Source: Opitutaceae bacterium (GTDB lineage Bacteria > Verrucomicrobiota > Verrucomicrobiia > Opitutales > Opitutaceae). From it: a stretch of DNA of 51,134 nucleotides. Numbering within the stretch: the first letter of the stretch is position 1; each line of letters begins with the position of its first letter. A program made the translations under genes and the position numbers. The notes under the pieces were generated by a model, which had not been told where the DNA came from, did no database searches, and was given only the letters and a program-made list of their open reading frames with translations. The DNA lies in assembly GCA_036770725.1 (NCBI GenBank), contig DAIPIP010000001.1, positions 1-51,134 on the forward strand, given 5' to 3'. Positions 8,195 through 17,311 of the stretch are shown one piece after another.

Positions 8195-9870
8195 TCAGCC
8201 CACCAGCGCGGCCTTCTCGGTCGCGGGCGACTGCGTATCCAAAAAATACTGACACAGCACCCGACGCCAACGCTCCGCGTGCGCGACCTGCGCCGCGAAT
8301 CGCCACGCCACCCGCGCGTGCCGCTCCGCGTCCACCACCGCGGCCAGCTCGCGCCAGGTCTCCGCCAGCTCCACCGCCTCGCGCGCCCCGTCCGTCAGCT
8401 CGCGCTCCAAGGCCTCTCGCACCGTCGTCCCGTCGGCCAGCCGATACGCCCAGGACAGATGATGAAAAAACAACAACAACTCGCTCGGACACCTGCGCGG
8501 ATCGGCGAAGCGCTCGGCCTGCGCGCGCGGATACTGCGCCGCGAAACCCGACGCCACCCGATCCCGCCCCACCCCCTCGCACGTCGCGCCATGATAGGCC
8601 GCGCGCAGTTCCGGCGCGGGATCGAAGTGGTTGCGCGCCGAGGGCCCGCAATCGTGCAGCATCGCCAGGCCTAGCGGCGCGGTGTAGCGCGCAAACACGT
8701 CCGCCGAGCGCAGCATCATCCCCACGAACCGCGCGCCCGGCTCCCCCGTCGCCGCGCCCGCGCCAAAGGTCCGCGCCACCCACTCCCGCGTCACGTCCGC
8801 CGGGTCCGCCCGCGGGTCCAGCCCCAGCCGCCCCGCAGCAAAGGTGTTGGCCATCGCCAGATCATGCCCAGCCCAGGTCGCGTGGTCGCCGAGGTTCACC
8901 ACCGTGCAAAGCCCGCCGCCCGCCCGCGCCGCGATGCGCTCCGCCGCCGTCTCCCCCGTCGCCTCGTCCAGCGGCGTGTTCAGCAGCTCGCGCCAGCGTG
9001 GCCCGAGAAAACACAGATGCGTGTCATGCCCGGTGTATTCCTGCGCCGCCTGCAGCTCCATGCACACGCTTGTGCGCCGCAACGCCGCGAAGAGCGGATG
9101 CAGCGGCTCCCGCACCTGAAAATCCAACGGACCGTGCTTGATCTGCAAGGTCACCGCCGGATCAAACGCACCATCCAGCGGCCCGAAAAACGCCTGCGCC
9201 GCCGTGCAGCGATCACTCTCCCCCCGATCATACACGAAGCACCGCCACAACACCCGCCCGCCGTGCGGCCCGAACGCCGCCGCCAGACAATTCGCCCCGT
9301 CCGCCGCCGTGCGCCCGTAGGCGAAAGGCCCCGGCTCGCCCTCGCTGTCCGCTTTCACCTGCACCCCGCCGAAATCCGGAATCAACCCATACACCTCGTC
9401 CGCCTTGCGCCGCCACCAGGCCGCCACCGCCGGGTCCGCCGGATCGGCCGTCGGCAAGCCGCCCTCAAGCATGGGTTGGCAAAAATTAACCGACAGCCAC
9501 AGCCTCAGCCCATGCCGCCTCAGCCCGTTCGCGTAATCCACCAAGCGCTTCAATCCCTCCGATGTGAACAAGCGCCAGCGTCGCCGAGCGTGGTCGTGTT
9601 GACGTTGTTTAAAATCACGCCGTTAAACCCCGCCTCGGCCAACAAACGCGCATACCGCTCCCGACGCACCGCCCTCTCCCCGTCCTCCGCATCCTCCGCC
9701 TCCCAAGGGAAAAACACCGAACGCCCGCCATACCCGCGCTCGATCGACCCGTCGGGATTGTCCCACTGCGACGCCAGCCTCAGCTCAAAGCTCCGCCCCG
9801 CCTCGGCACTAGCCGAAGCCGGGGCCTCGTGGTTCAACCAAGCCAAGGTTCCTGCGTCGCCGTCGATCAT
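8195..9870 (-). pseudogene. Alpha-glucuronidase (GH67), frameshifted near 9577 and with a short N-terminus
   Basis: Upstream frame has WDNPDGSIERGYGG and NGVILNNVN; downstream frame has GGLPTADP, KADSEGEPGP, KHGPLDFQVREP and QEYTG; one added base after GAC GC gives D-A-W-R-L-F-T and joins them. Confidence 0.85.
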
Positions 9871-9918
9871 CGCACCAAGCTCCGCTCGAATCCGCGAGCA
9901 TACCACGCCAAGCTAAGC

Positions 9919-9930
9919 TTAACGCGTTAA
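9919..9930. promoter_or_regulatory. Perfect 12-bp palindrome TTAACGCGTTAA in a divergent promoter region (candidate operator)
   Basis: AT-rich palindrome between the GH67 start (9870) and the secreted-protein start (9978). Confidence 0.4.
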
Positions 9931-9977
9931 ACATCCCCGCCGATTGAGCGCGCCCGCCCGCCGGGAAATCTTCGCGC

Positions 9978-11411
9978 ATGCCCCGCCCGTTTCGCCTGCC
10001 CCTCCTCGCCTGCCTGCTTTCCGCCTCCCTATCGGCCCAGACCCTCGGCGATCTCACCTCCCATCTTCAGTGGGTCGTCAGCCCCATTTGGGAAAACTCC
10101 GACTCCGCCTCGGCCTACACCAACTACAATGCCCAGGTCTCCGGCCAATACCACACCCTGCGTCACTTCCCCGCCAACGGCCGCCTCTACCTCTCCTGCG
10201 GCGACACCAACAACCTCGCCCCCAAGCGCGCCCTCTACCTCGACCCCGCCACCGCCCTCGTCGGCCACGACAACCCCGACGCCCTCTGGCCCGAGGAGGC
10301 CCTCGACGAACTCCATCTCCTCCCCGACGGCCGACTCCTCGCCACCAGCTACGACGGCTTCGCCGACCACAACGGCAACAACCTCTACGTCAACGAGGGC
10401 ACCGGCTGGACCAGCATCCGCACCGCCATGGGCGACCACATCCGCGACGCCACCTTCTTCAACAACCGCTGGTTCGTCGGCAACGCCCTCACCAACCAAA
10501 ACGCCCGCTTCCCCGGCATCTTCTCCGCCCCCGCCGCCGCGCCCGACCTCGCCTTCACCCGCGTCGAGCAAACCCCGCCCCCCGGCTTCGACGCCCGCTT
10601 CATCCCCGAGCGCTTTTTCACCTTCGACGGCGCCCTCTACGCCGCCCAAGTCGTCAACAACCTCTCCGGCTCCTGGGACCGCGTCTTCCTCCTGCGCCAC
10701 GATCCCGCCAACGCCTCCGCTCCCTGGCAACCCGCCCACCTCACCCCGCTCACCTTCTACCCCGAGGGCACGGTCAACCAATTCGGCCCCACCCCGCTCG
10801 ACCCCGTCGAGGTCGCCACGGCCGCCGGCCCGCGCCTGCTCTTCATCGCCAACCCCGGCACGCCCCACCTCTGGGCCGCCACCGGCATCGCCGACGGCAC
10901 CCGCTTCGTCATTGAAAACATCCCCGGCCTCGACCCCGCCAACGACCGCCCCCTGCGCCTTCTCTCGCGCGATGGCCACCTGCACCTCCTGACCGCCACC
11001 CGCCCGCCCTTCGCCGACGCCTCGCGCGTGGCCCTCGCCTCCCCCGGCGACGCCGCCTGGACGATCACGCGCCCCGGCATGAACTCCCTTCACCGCAGCA
11101 CGGGCGCGAGCTTCAGCCCCGCCGCTCCCGGACCCGGCGCGAGCGTGCTCCTCCCCGTCGGCCAGACCGGCCTCTTCGCCACCGAGCGGACGCCGCTCCC
11201 GCGCGTGACCCTCGCGCTTGACGCGCAGGCCAACGAAGCGCGCCTCGGCGTCGAGGACCTCGACGCCTCTCAACGCTACCACTGGCAAACCAGCACCGAT
11301 CTCACCAACTGGACCGACTTCGGCGCCTTGATCGAAGGCCGCGCCGCATCCTTGCAAACCGCGCCCCCGTCCGGCCCGCGCTGCTTTTTCCGCGTCGTGC
11401 TCGAGCCCTGA
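9978..11411 (+). CDS. Secreted hypothetical protein, possibly beta-propeller, with C-terminal STDL..W...FFR domain
   Basis: Signal peptide ending SASLSA-Q; strong codon bias; C-terminal QTSTDLTNWT...RCFFRV motif typical of verrucomicrobial extracellular proteins. Confidence 0.75.
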   Translation: MPRPFRLPLLACLLSASLSAQTLGDLTSHLQWVVSPIWENSDSASAYTNYNAQVSGQYHTLRHFPANGRLYLSCGDTNNLAPKRALYLDPATALVGHDNPDALWPEEALDELHLLPDGRLLATSYDGFADHNGNNLYVNEGTGWTSIRTAMGDHIRDATFFNNRWFVGNALTNQNARFPGIFSAPAAAPDLAFTRVEQTPPPGFDARFIPERFFTFDGALYAAQVVNNLSGSWDRVFLLRHDPANASAPWQPAHLTPLTFYPEGTVNQFGPTPLDPVEVATAAGPRLLFIANPGTPHLWAATGIADGTRFVIENIPGLDPANDRPLRLLSRDGHLHLLTATRPPFADASRVALASPGDAAWTITRPGMNSLHRSTGASFSPAAPGPGASVLLPVGQTGLFATERTPLPRVTLALDAQANEARLGVEDLDASQRYHWQTSTDLTNWTDFGALIEGRAASLQTAPPSGPRCFFRVVLEP

Positions 11412-11440
11412 ACGACAAAGAGGCTGTATCCGCCGCGAGA

Positions 11441-12622
11441 CTACACCATCCCGCCCCGCCGCGCCGCCCGCCACGCCGCCGGGCTTGCCAGTCCTTCGCG
11501 CGCGAAGGCCTCGCACAACCGCTGCGGTTCGCCGTAGCCGCAGCGCTCCGCGATTTCCGCGACGCGCAGGTCCGATTCGGCGAGCAACTCCTGCGCGCGC
11601 GCCATCCGCACGCGGGTGATCTCGCCATGCAGCGTGTTGCCCGTCGCCGCCTTGAAACGCATTTCCAGCATGCGACGCGAGAGCCGGGTGGCCCGCGCCA
11701 GCTCCTCCACCCCGAGTCCGGAACAGGCCCGCTCACGGATCAACCGCAGCGCCGCCGCCACCGCCGCGTCGTCAACCGCCACCAAATCCGACGAGGCCCT
11801 CTCCATGATCGGAAAATCCGCGAGCACATGCTCGGAGGGACGTCGCCGCGGGTGGCGCATCCGTTGCTCCAGCAACTCCACCGCCAGCCGCGCGGCGTCG
11901 CGCGGACGCAGATTGAGGGAGCTCAACGCCGGGTGCGAAAGCTGGCAAAGCAGGTCGTCGTCACCCACCGCGATCACCGCGATTTCGTCCGGCACGCGCA
12001 CACCGTGGTGTTGGCAGGCTCGCAGCAAATCCGCGCCCGCCTGGTCGGTGTCGCAAAGCAGGCCGCAAGGCCTCGGCAGGCCGCGCAGCCAGGTCCCGAG
12101 CGTCTCCAGTTCATCGAGCCAGCGCGACGGCTCGCGACTCATGACCTCGCCATCATAACAGGACGGCGCGGGCAAACCGGCCTCGCCGAGGCGTTCGGCG
12201 AAGCCGCGAAGGCGTTCGCCCCCGTAAGCATAGTCGAGCCGCTGACAATACGCGGCGAAGTTGCGCAGCCCCTTTCCCAGAAGCGCCTCGGCGATGCGCC
12301 GCCCCATCGCGACGCTATCGAAGCGCAGCCGGGCCACCGGCACATCGCCCTCGGGCTCGCGACCCCCGAGCAACACCGCCGGCGGACGCCGCACGAGCAG
12401 GGTTTTCGCCTCGTCCGGCTCGTCGAGCCAGGCGATCAACCCGTCCATCACCGGCGGCACGTTGAACGCCACGTGCCGGTTCACCGGCGCGAGCAACAAC
12501 AACTCCCAGTTCCCCCGCGTGCGCGCCTCCGCCGCGATCCCGCGCATCAATTCGCGTTTGGTGGAAAGGTCGGCCCGGACGAAAAGCCCGATGCGTCGAA
12601 AGGTGGAGGCAGACGAAGCCAT
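11441..12622 (-). CDS. XylR-type regulator (periplasmic-binding-like domain plus AraC HTH)
   Basis: WL..LPRP.GL...D, VPDEIAVI.V.DD, P.LSS; C-terminal SRR.LE.RFK...G and IAE.CGY. Confidence 0.92.
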   Translation of the reverse strand: MASSASTFRRIGLFVRADLSTKRELMRGIAAEARTRGNWELLLLAPVNRHVAFNVPPVMDGLIAWLDEPDEAKTLLVRRPPAVLLGGREPEGDVPVARLRFDSVAMGRRIAEALLGKGLRNFAAYCQRLDYAYGGERLRGFAERLGEAGLPAPSCYDGEVMSREPSRWLDELETLGTWLRGLPRPCGLLCDTDQAGADLLRACQHHGVRVPDEIAVIAVGDDDLLCQLSHPALSSLNLRPRDAARLAVELLEQRMRHPRRRPSEHVLADFPIMERASSDLVAVDDAAVAAALRLIRERACSGLGVEELARATRLSRRMLEMRFKAATGNTLHGEITRVRMARAQELLAESDLRVAEIAERCGYGEPQRLCEAFAREGLASPAAWRAARRGGMV

Positions 12623-12694
12623 TGCGGAAAAGCGGAATGGATTTACGCGGACTCGTTACCCTCCCGCCAGTCATTTCCGTTATTATGTCGGCGT

Positions 12695-13549
12695 ATGAAC
12701 CCACTCCTGCCTCCTCTCATTCGCACCGGCGCCACCCTCGCCGCTTTCGCCGTCGTCGCCTCATCCGCCTCGGCTCAAGTGACCATCCCCTACTCCAACG
12801 ATTTCTCGTCCGGCACGCTTGCCACGAACAACCTCTTCTCCGCCAGCGGCGGCACCCTGAACCACACCGGCAACCCCGGCTCCACGGCAGGCACGCCGGT
12901 TGCCTACAGCTCGGTTCAGTTGAGCAACTCCGCCAACACCAGCTACACGCTTTCCAGCAGCTTCCGATTCACCGCCTTGGACACCAGCGCGACCGCGCTG
13001 ACCAATACGGGGGACAAAACCTTCGGACTCGTCGCGTTCGCGTTCAATAACACCTTTCTCGGCAGCAGCAACGCCACGCGCTACCTGCTCGCCGACTACA
13101 CGGTGCTCAGCACGACCTCGGGCAGCATCGGTCGTCTTCGCCTTATCGAGATCGACGGAAGCAACGTGACGTTGAGCACCGCAGGTTTGGCCGACCCCAA
13201 TGGCGCGAGCGCCGGAGCGGTAACCTTGAATACGTTCTACACCCTGCGGCTGAACGTCACCAATACCGCCAGCAACACCTACGATCTTTCCCTCGGTTTG
13301 TTCGACGGGACAAACACCCAGATCGGCACCTAGGCCAGCTTTAGCGGCTACATCGCCGACCCCGCGCCTGCCGACGGTTACTTCTCCGGCGTGCGCGCGC
13401 GCCTCCCGGTGGCATCTGGAGTCGGTGCCACCACCCTTCAAGTTGACGACTACGCCGTCACCGTCATCCCCGAACCTTCCTCCTTCGCCGCCCTCGCCGG
13501 CTTGGGCGCCCTCGGTCTCGTCGCCTCGCGCCGCCGCCGCCTCGCTTGA
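12695..13549 (+). pseudogene. PEP-CTERM surface protein with an in-frame TAG at 13331-13333
   Basis: Signal peptide from ATG 12695; Ser/Thr-rich beta domain; after TAG the same frame continues to VIPEPSSFAALAGLGALGLVASRRRRLA and TGA at 13547-13549. Confidence 0.88.
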
Positions 13550-13569
13550 GGCATGACCGTTTCATCATC

Positions 13570-13629
13570 GCGTCCGGTAATCCGGACGCCTCCCAAACCG
13601 CGCGCGCCTCACGGCCGCTCGGTTTTTTT
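13570..13629 (+). terminator. Hairpin plus intrinsic terminator after the PEP-CTERM gene
   Basis: gcgtccgg-taat-ccggacgc (13570-13589), then the aaaccg...cggttt stem ending in a T7 run. Confidence 0.7.
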
Positions 13630-14049
13630 GCCCCCCTTTTCTCGCGCCGTGCCCGCCTCGCCCGCCCGCGATGGCGCGCCTGAGATACCGCACCCTCGCC
13701 GGACCCGTAACCGGCCCCGCCACACCCGCGACCGCGACGCCCCCAACTCCCCCGATCAACGCTTCGACACCCTCGCTCACCTCGGTTTCGGCAACCCCCA
13801 ATTCTACATCAACACCAGGGAACTCGCCCTCCGCAACGGCACCCGCCGCGTCTCCCTACGACTCCCCTCCCGATCCCACCAGATCACGATCACGTGGGAT
13901 CGCGCCAACGGTCATGGCCAACTCCATCTCGACACCGCCGCACCGTTGCCTTGGTTCCTCTCCACCCGCCAAACTCATAGCCACTAATCCGTCGCGAATA
14001 ACCTTCGAGTCCGCATATCCACCATTCGCAGTCCGACCTAAACGAACCC

Positions 14050-14466
14050 ATGAAGCCCAAAAAAACACCCGACTGGCGCGCGAAGTTTGACTGCTCAAAG
14101 CCGCTTCAAATCAAAACCATCGACAAGCCCTTCGCCGGCATACCCGCAGGCGCCTTGATGCTCATCGTTACCCCCAGGATGGTCGATCAATTCGTCCGCA
14201 CCATTCCCTTGGGCCGCGCCCTTCAACAGTCCGATATCCGCGCCGCCCTCGCCCGCCAATACGGTGCCGACCACGCATGTCCCGTCACCACTGGCATCGC
14301 CCTGCGCGTGGTCGCCGAGCTGGCCTACTCCGAATTCGTTGCGCAAAAAAATCCGACCGGCAGCGCCCCGTTCTGGCGCGCGCTCGACCCCGAAAGCCCT
14401 CTCGCCGCCAAGCTCGCCTGCGGCAAAAAATTCATCCTCCAAAAACGCGCCGAAGAGCGCGTCTGA
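14050..14466 (+). CDS. MGMT/alkyltransferase-like DNA-binding protein lacking the PCHR catalytic motif
   Basis: V...VR.IP.G, IR..LA...GAD..CPVTTGI and PFWRAL in place of PCHRV. Confidence 0.6.
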   Translation: MKPKKTPDWRAKFDCSKPLQIKTIDKPFAGIPAGALMLIVTPRMVDQFVRTIPLGRALQQSDIRAALARQYGADHACPVTTGIALRVVAELAYSEFVAQKNPTGSAPFWRALDPESPLAAKLACGKKFILQKRAEERV

Positions 14467-14498
14467 TACCATACGCCTATTGAATTTGGACTTTAGGA

Positions 14499-14563
14499 TG
14501 TAGGCCCGACCGGTGGTCGGGCTGCTGCCCAAGAGCGAAGCCAGACCAGCGGTCTGGCCTACA
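14499..14563. repeat. REP doublet (GTAG family, inverted pair)
   Basis: tgtaggcccgaccggtggtcgggc ... gccagaccagcggtctggcctaca; second copy at 34085-34145. Confidence 0.8.
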
Positions 14564-14765
14564 GATCGCGGCCAGAAGTCTAAAAGCATCGGGTGACTGG
14601 TATGATAACAACCACCTCTTGAATTTAATTTTTTAGACGCAAAGCCCGCAAAGCTGGCCAGGTCAGATAACCCTTTGCCTGCCATAACTTGCGGATTTCA
14701 ACTCAAAACCCGGTCTAAAGCCAAACTGAGTTTTGCACCCGGCCGACGGACTCTGGTTTCGCCTG

Positions 14766-15515
14766 TCAGCGCTCAAAAGTGAACGACGCCGCGCTGGTCT
14801 GCACCGCAGATTCACCGATTGTCACGCCGCTGAAGCGCAGCGCCGCATTCGAATTTACCGACCAATCCGGACGACTCGCCGCGCGCGCCCAAAAGGCCGC
14901 GCGTTCCATCTCGGCGTCCGTGACGTCGTTGAGCGGCTGACTCCAGTTGGAGACCACGCCGACCTCACGCGTTTCGCTGGATATTCCCAAGGCGGCCAAA
15001 GTGAGGTGGGGCGGCAGAAAAGATGCCACCGTGGACATTTCGTCCGCACCGCCCGAAAGCGACACATCACCCACCATCACCGCCATTCTTTCGTCGTCCG
15101 CCGCGGCGATCATTATACCCGGGCTCGGAGTCTCGCCTTCGATGTTCGCAAAACCCGACGGCCGCTCGACGCGGACCACCAACAGCGCTACCGCCGCCGC
15201 CAGACCCACCGTCGCCGTGCTCCAGGAACCCCAAGCCCAGGCGCGTGCAAAGGGGCGTTCCGAAGCGTTGGCCTTGCGGTCGGAGCGGTCGGCCTGACGA
15301 ATCGCTCTCAGGACAAAGTCCGGAGCCGGCGCCCCGGACGCGGAACCACGACACAGCGCGGAGCAACCCCGCTCCATTTTAACGTAGGAATTCAACACCC
15401 GACGACGCGCGGGATCGTTCCGCAACGCCTGCTCCAACTCTATCGCATCACCGTCCGTAAGCCGATGATCTAGATGCAAGTTAACAAGTTCTTTAAATCG
15501 ACGGTCATTCATCAC
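14766..15515 (-). CDS. Putative membrane anti-sigma factor
   Basis: Overlaps the stop of the ECF sigma; N-terminal F.ELVNL.LD..L....ELE..L...P..R helix bundle and one TM. Confidence 0.75.
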   Translation of the reverse strand: MMNDRRFKELVNLHLDHRLTDGDAIELEQALRNDPARRRVLNSYVKMERGCSALCRGSASGAPAPDFVLRAIRQADRSDRKANASERPFARAWAWGSWSTATVGLAAAVALLVVRVERPSGFANIEGETPSPGIMIAAADDERMAVMVGDVSLSGGADEMSTVASFLPPHLTLAALGISSETREVGVVSNWSQPLNDVTDAEMERAAFWARAASRPDWSVNSNAALRFSGVTIGESAVQTSAASFTFER

Positions 15516-16240
15516 TGGTCATCCTCTCCAATAAGTTTTCTGAGACTGTCGCGAGCTCGCGCGATACGACTTTTCACTGTGCCCACGGAAATACCCAAAA
15601 TCTCCGCGATCTCTTCGTAGGAAAGATTTTTAACATTTCGCAAAACCAAAACTTCCCGGTGGCGAGCGCTAAGTTTTTCCATGCCCGCGGCGATGCGATC
15701 CACCAGTTCCTGGGTAGAGGTCAATTCGCCCGGAGTCTCGGCGTCGCCGACAAAAATTTCGGCCAACGGTGTATCGTTGTCCTCGCCCAAGGGCTGATCG
15801 AACGAAACCGTGCGGTCCCGCTTCCGGCGCCACCAATACCAATAACGGTTACGCGCGAGGTTGGTCGCGATTTGATACAGCCACGTGGAAAACGCGGAAT
15901 CCCCGCGAAAGTTGGCCAGCCCCCGGTGCGCGCGGATGAAGGCATCCTGCGTCACCTCCTCGGCATCCTGCTGGTTGCGCAGAAGCTGATGCACCATGCT
16001 GTAGATGCGATCCCAGTGGCGCGTGACCATTTCATCAAACGCGGCCGAGTCCCCGTTGCGGAAACGATCGACCAAAACGCGATCCAGAGCGACTTCTTGA
16101 GTTCGTGCGGACATATGTTCTTCCGCCCTACGACGCGCCGCGGCCGCGAATGTTCCCTCCCCCACGACAGTTTTGCCGGGGGTTTGGTCGGCCTGCACGT
16201 AAGGCGGTGCCGAGGAGGACGACTGGGACGGGGATGTCAT
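15512..16240 (-). CDS. ECF sigma-70 factor (RpoE-like)
   Basis: DAEEVTQDAF, FRGDSAFSTWLYQIATN, LSYEEIAEILGISVGTVKSRIARAR; start placed at ATG 16240 because a TTGACA -35 lies at 16281-16276. Confidence 0.93.
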   Translation of the reverse strand: MTSPSQSSSSAPPYVQADQTPGKTVVGEGTFAAAARRRAEEHMSARTQEVALDRVLVDRFRNGDSAAFDEMVTRHWDRIYSMVHQLLRNQQDAEEVTQDAFIRAHRGLANFRGDSAFSTWLYQIATNLARNRYWYWWRRKRDRTVSFDQPLGEDNDTPLAEIFVGDAETPGELTSTQELVDRIAAGMEKLSARHREVLVLRNVKNLSYEEIAEILGISVGTVKSRIARARDSLRKLIGEDDQ

Positions 16241-16361
16241 CGCTGAACCGTTAAGAGCCCCGCGCCGCGCGCCACTGTCAACCGGCTTGTCCATCTGTCG
16301 TGCAAAAAACCCTTGCCAAGGCCCGCCGCAAACGCATCCAAAGCACCCTTGCGGTGTTCGG

Positions 16362-16436
16362 GGGTCGATAGCTCAACGGTAGAGCAGCATCCTTTTAAGT
16401 TGTTGGTTCCGGGTTCGAATCCCGGTCGACCCACCA
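16362..16436 (+). tRNA. tRNA-Lys (anticodon UUU)
   Basis: GGGTCGA/TCGACCC acceptor stem, GCTC/GAGC D-stem, loop CTTTTAA, TTCGAAT T-loop, encoded CCA. Confidence 0.95.
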
Positions 16437-16612
16437 CCGTCGGCGCCCGCTCTTGTTGCGCCTGCCGCATCTTGGTTTCCCGACCGTCCTCAGCCGCCAA
16501 CCCCGGACAAAATGGCGCTCGATCAGGATTCTGCTCGCGAACTCGGCGTTTGCCTATGACTGGACATTGCCCGTTGCATTTCTACCAAGCGGCAATCAAT
16601 GAGCTTAGCGCC

Positions 16613-17263
16613 ATGAAGCGACTCGTCATAATTGAAGACCAAACTGCCATTCGCGAGATGCTGGTGGAGATTCTGTTGATGGAAAAAAACTACCAGCTCG
16701 TCGGCCAGAGCGGCGACGGCCAGGGAGCCTTGGCGCTGTGCCTTGAACTCAAGCCCGACCTGCTGGTGCTCGATGCCAAGCTGCCCGGCCTCAACGGGGT
16801 CGATCTCCTTCGTCGCCTGGTGAAACAGCTTCCCCACATTCGCGTCCTCGTCTTCTCCGGCCACGAAAACCCCGTTCTCGTCCGCGAGATGCTCGAAATC
16901 GGCGCCCATGGTTTCGTCGAAAAAACCGCCGGCCTCGCCGAATTCAAAAAGGGCCTCGAAATCGTCGCCGCCGGCGGCACCTACTTTGGACCCGCCGTGG
17001 CCGCCCTGCTTCGCGACGTCGTCGCCAATCCCGGCTCGAGCAACAGTTCCGACTTCCTCACCGACCGCGAACGCGAAATCCTCCAGCTCGTCGCCGAAAG
17101 CCACAGCACCAAGGAAATCGCCGCCAAACTAAACATCAGCGTGAAAACGGTGGACAACCACCGCACCAACCTGATGCGCAAACTAAACCTCCACGACGTC
17201 GCCAGCCTCACCCGCTACGCCGTCGAAATCGGCCTCATCCACCCCCGCAAGGCCTCGTTTTAG
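16613..17263 (+). CDS. NarL/LuxR-family response regulator
   Basis: REC domain (IIED, LVLD..LP..NG, GA.GFVEK) plus LT.RE.EIL..VA and KTVDNHR.NLM.KL. Confidence 0.94.
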   Translation: MKRLVIIEDQTAIREMLVEILLMEKNYQLVGQSGDGQGALALCLELKPDLLVLDAKLPGLNGVDLLRRLVKQLPHIRVLVFSGHENPVLVREMLEIGAHGFVEKTAGLAEFKKGLEIVAAGGTYFGPAVAALLRDVVANPGSSNSSDFLTDREREILQLVAESHSTKEIAAKLNISVKTVDNHRTNLMRKLNLHDVASLTRYAVEIGLIHPRKASF

Positions 17264-17311
17264 CGCGCCTCGACCCAAGCCGCCCCAGCTTCCCCGCGCA
17301 GGGCGGATCTT

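Noticed and set aside
11627..12694. N-terminal part of the 568-aa ORF 11627-13333
   Set aside because: Antisense to the XylR-type regulator; the real gene starts at ATG 12695 with a signal peptide
13331..13333. Genome-wide stop-codon reassignment
   Set aside because: TAG, TAA and TGA all end clearly conserved genes at expected positions in this window
14630..14700. GACGCAAAGC resembling a c-di-GMP-I riboswitch core
   Set aside because: The upstream GGCAAACC/GNRA stem is absent and no gene starts downstream on that strand
16362..16612. tRNA-Lys as an integration site
   Set aside because: No integrase and no duplicated tRNA 3' end seen; flanking genes look native
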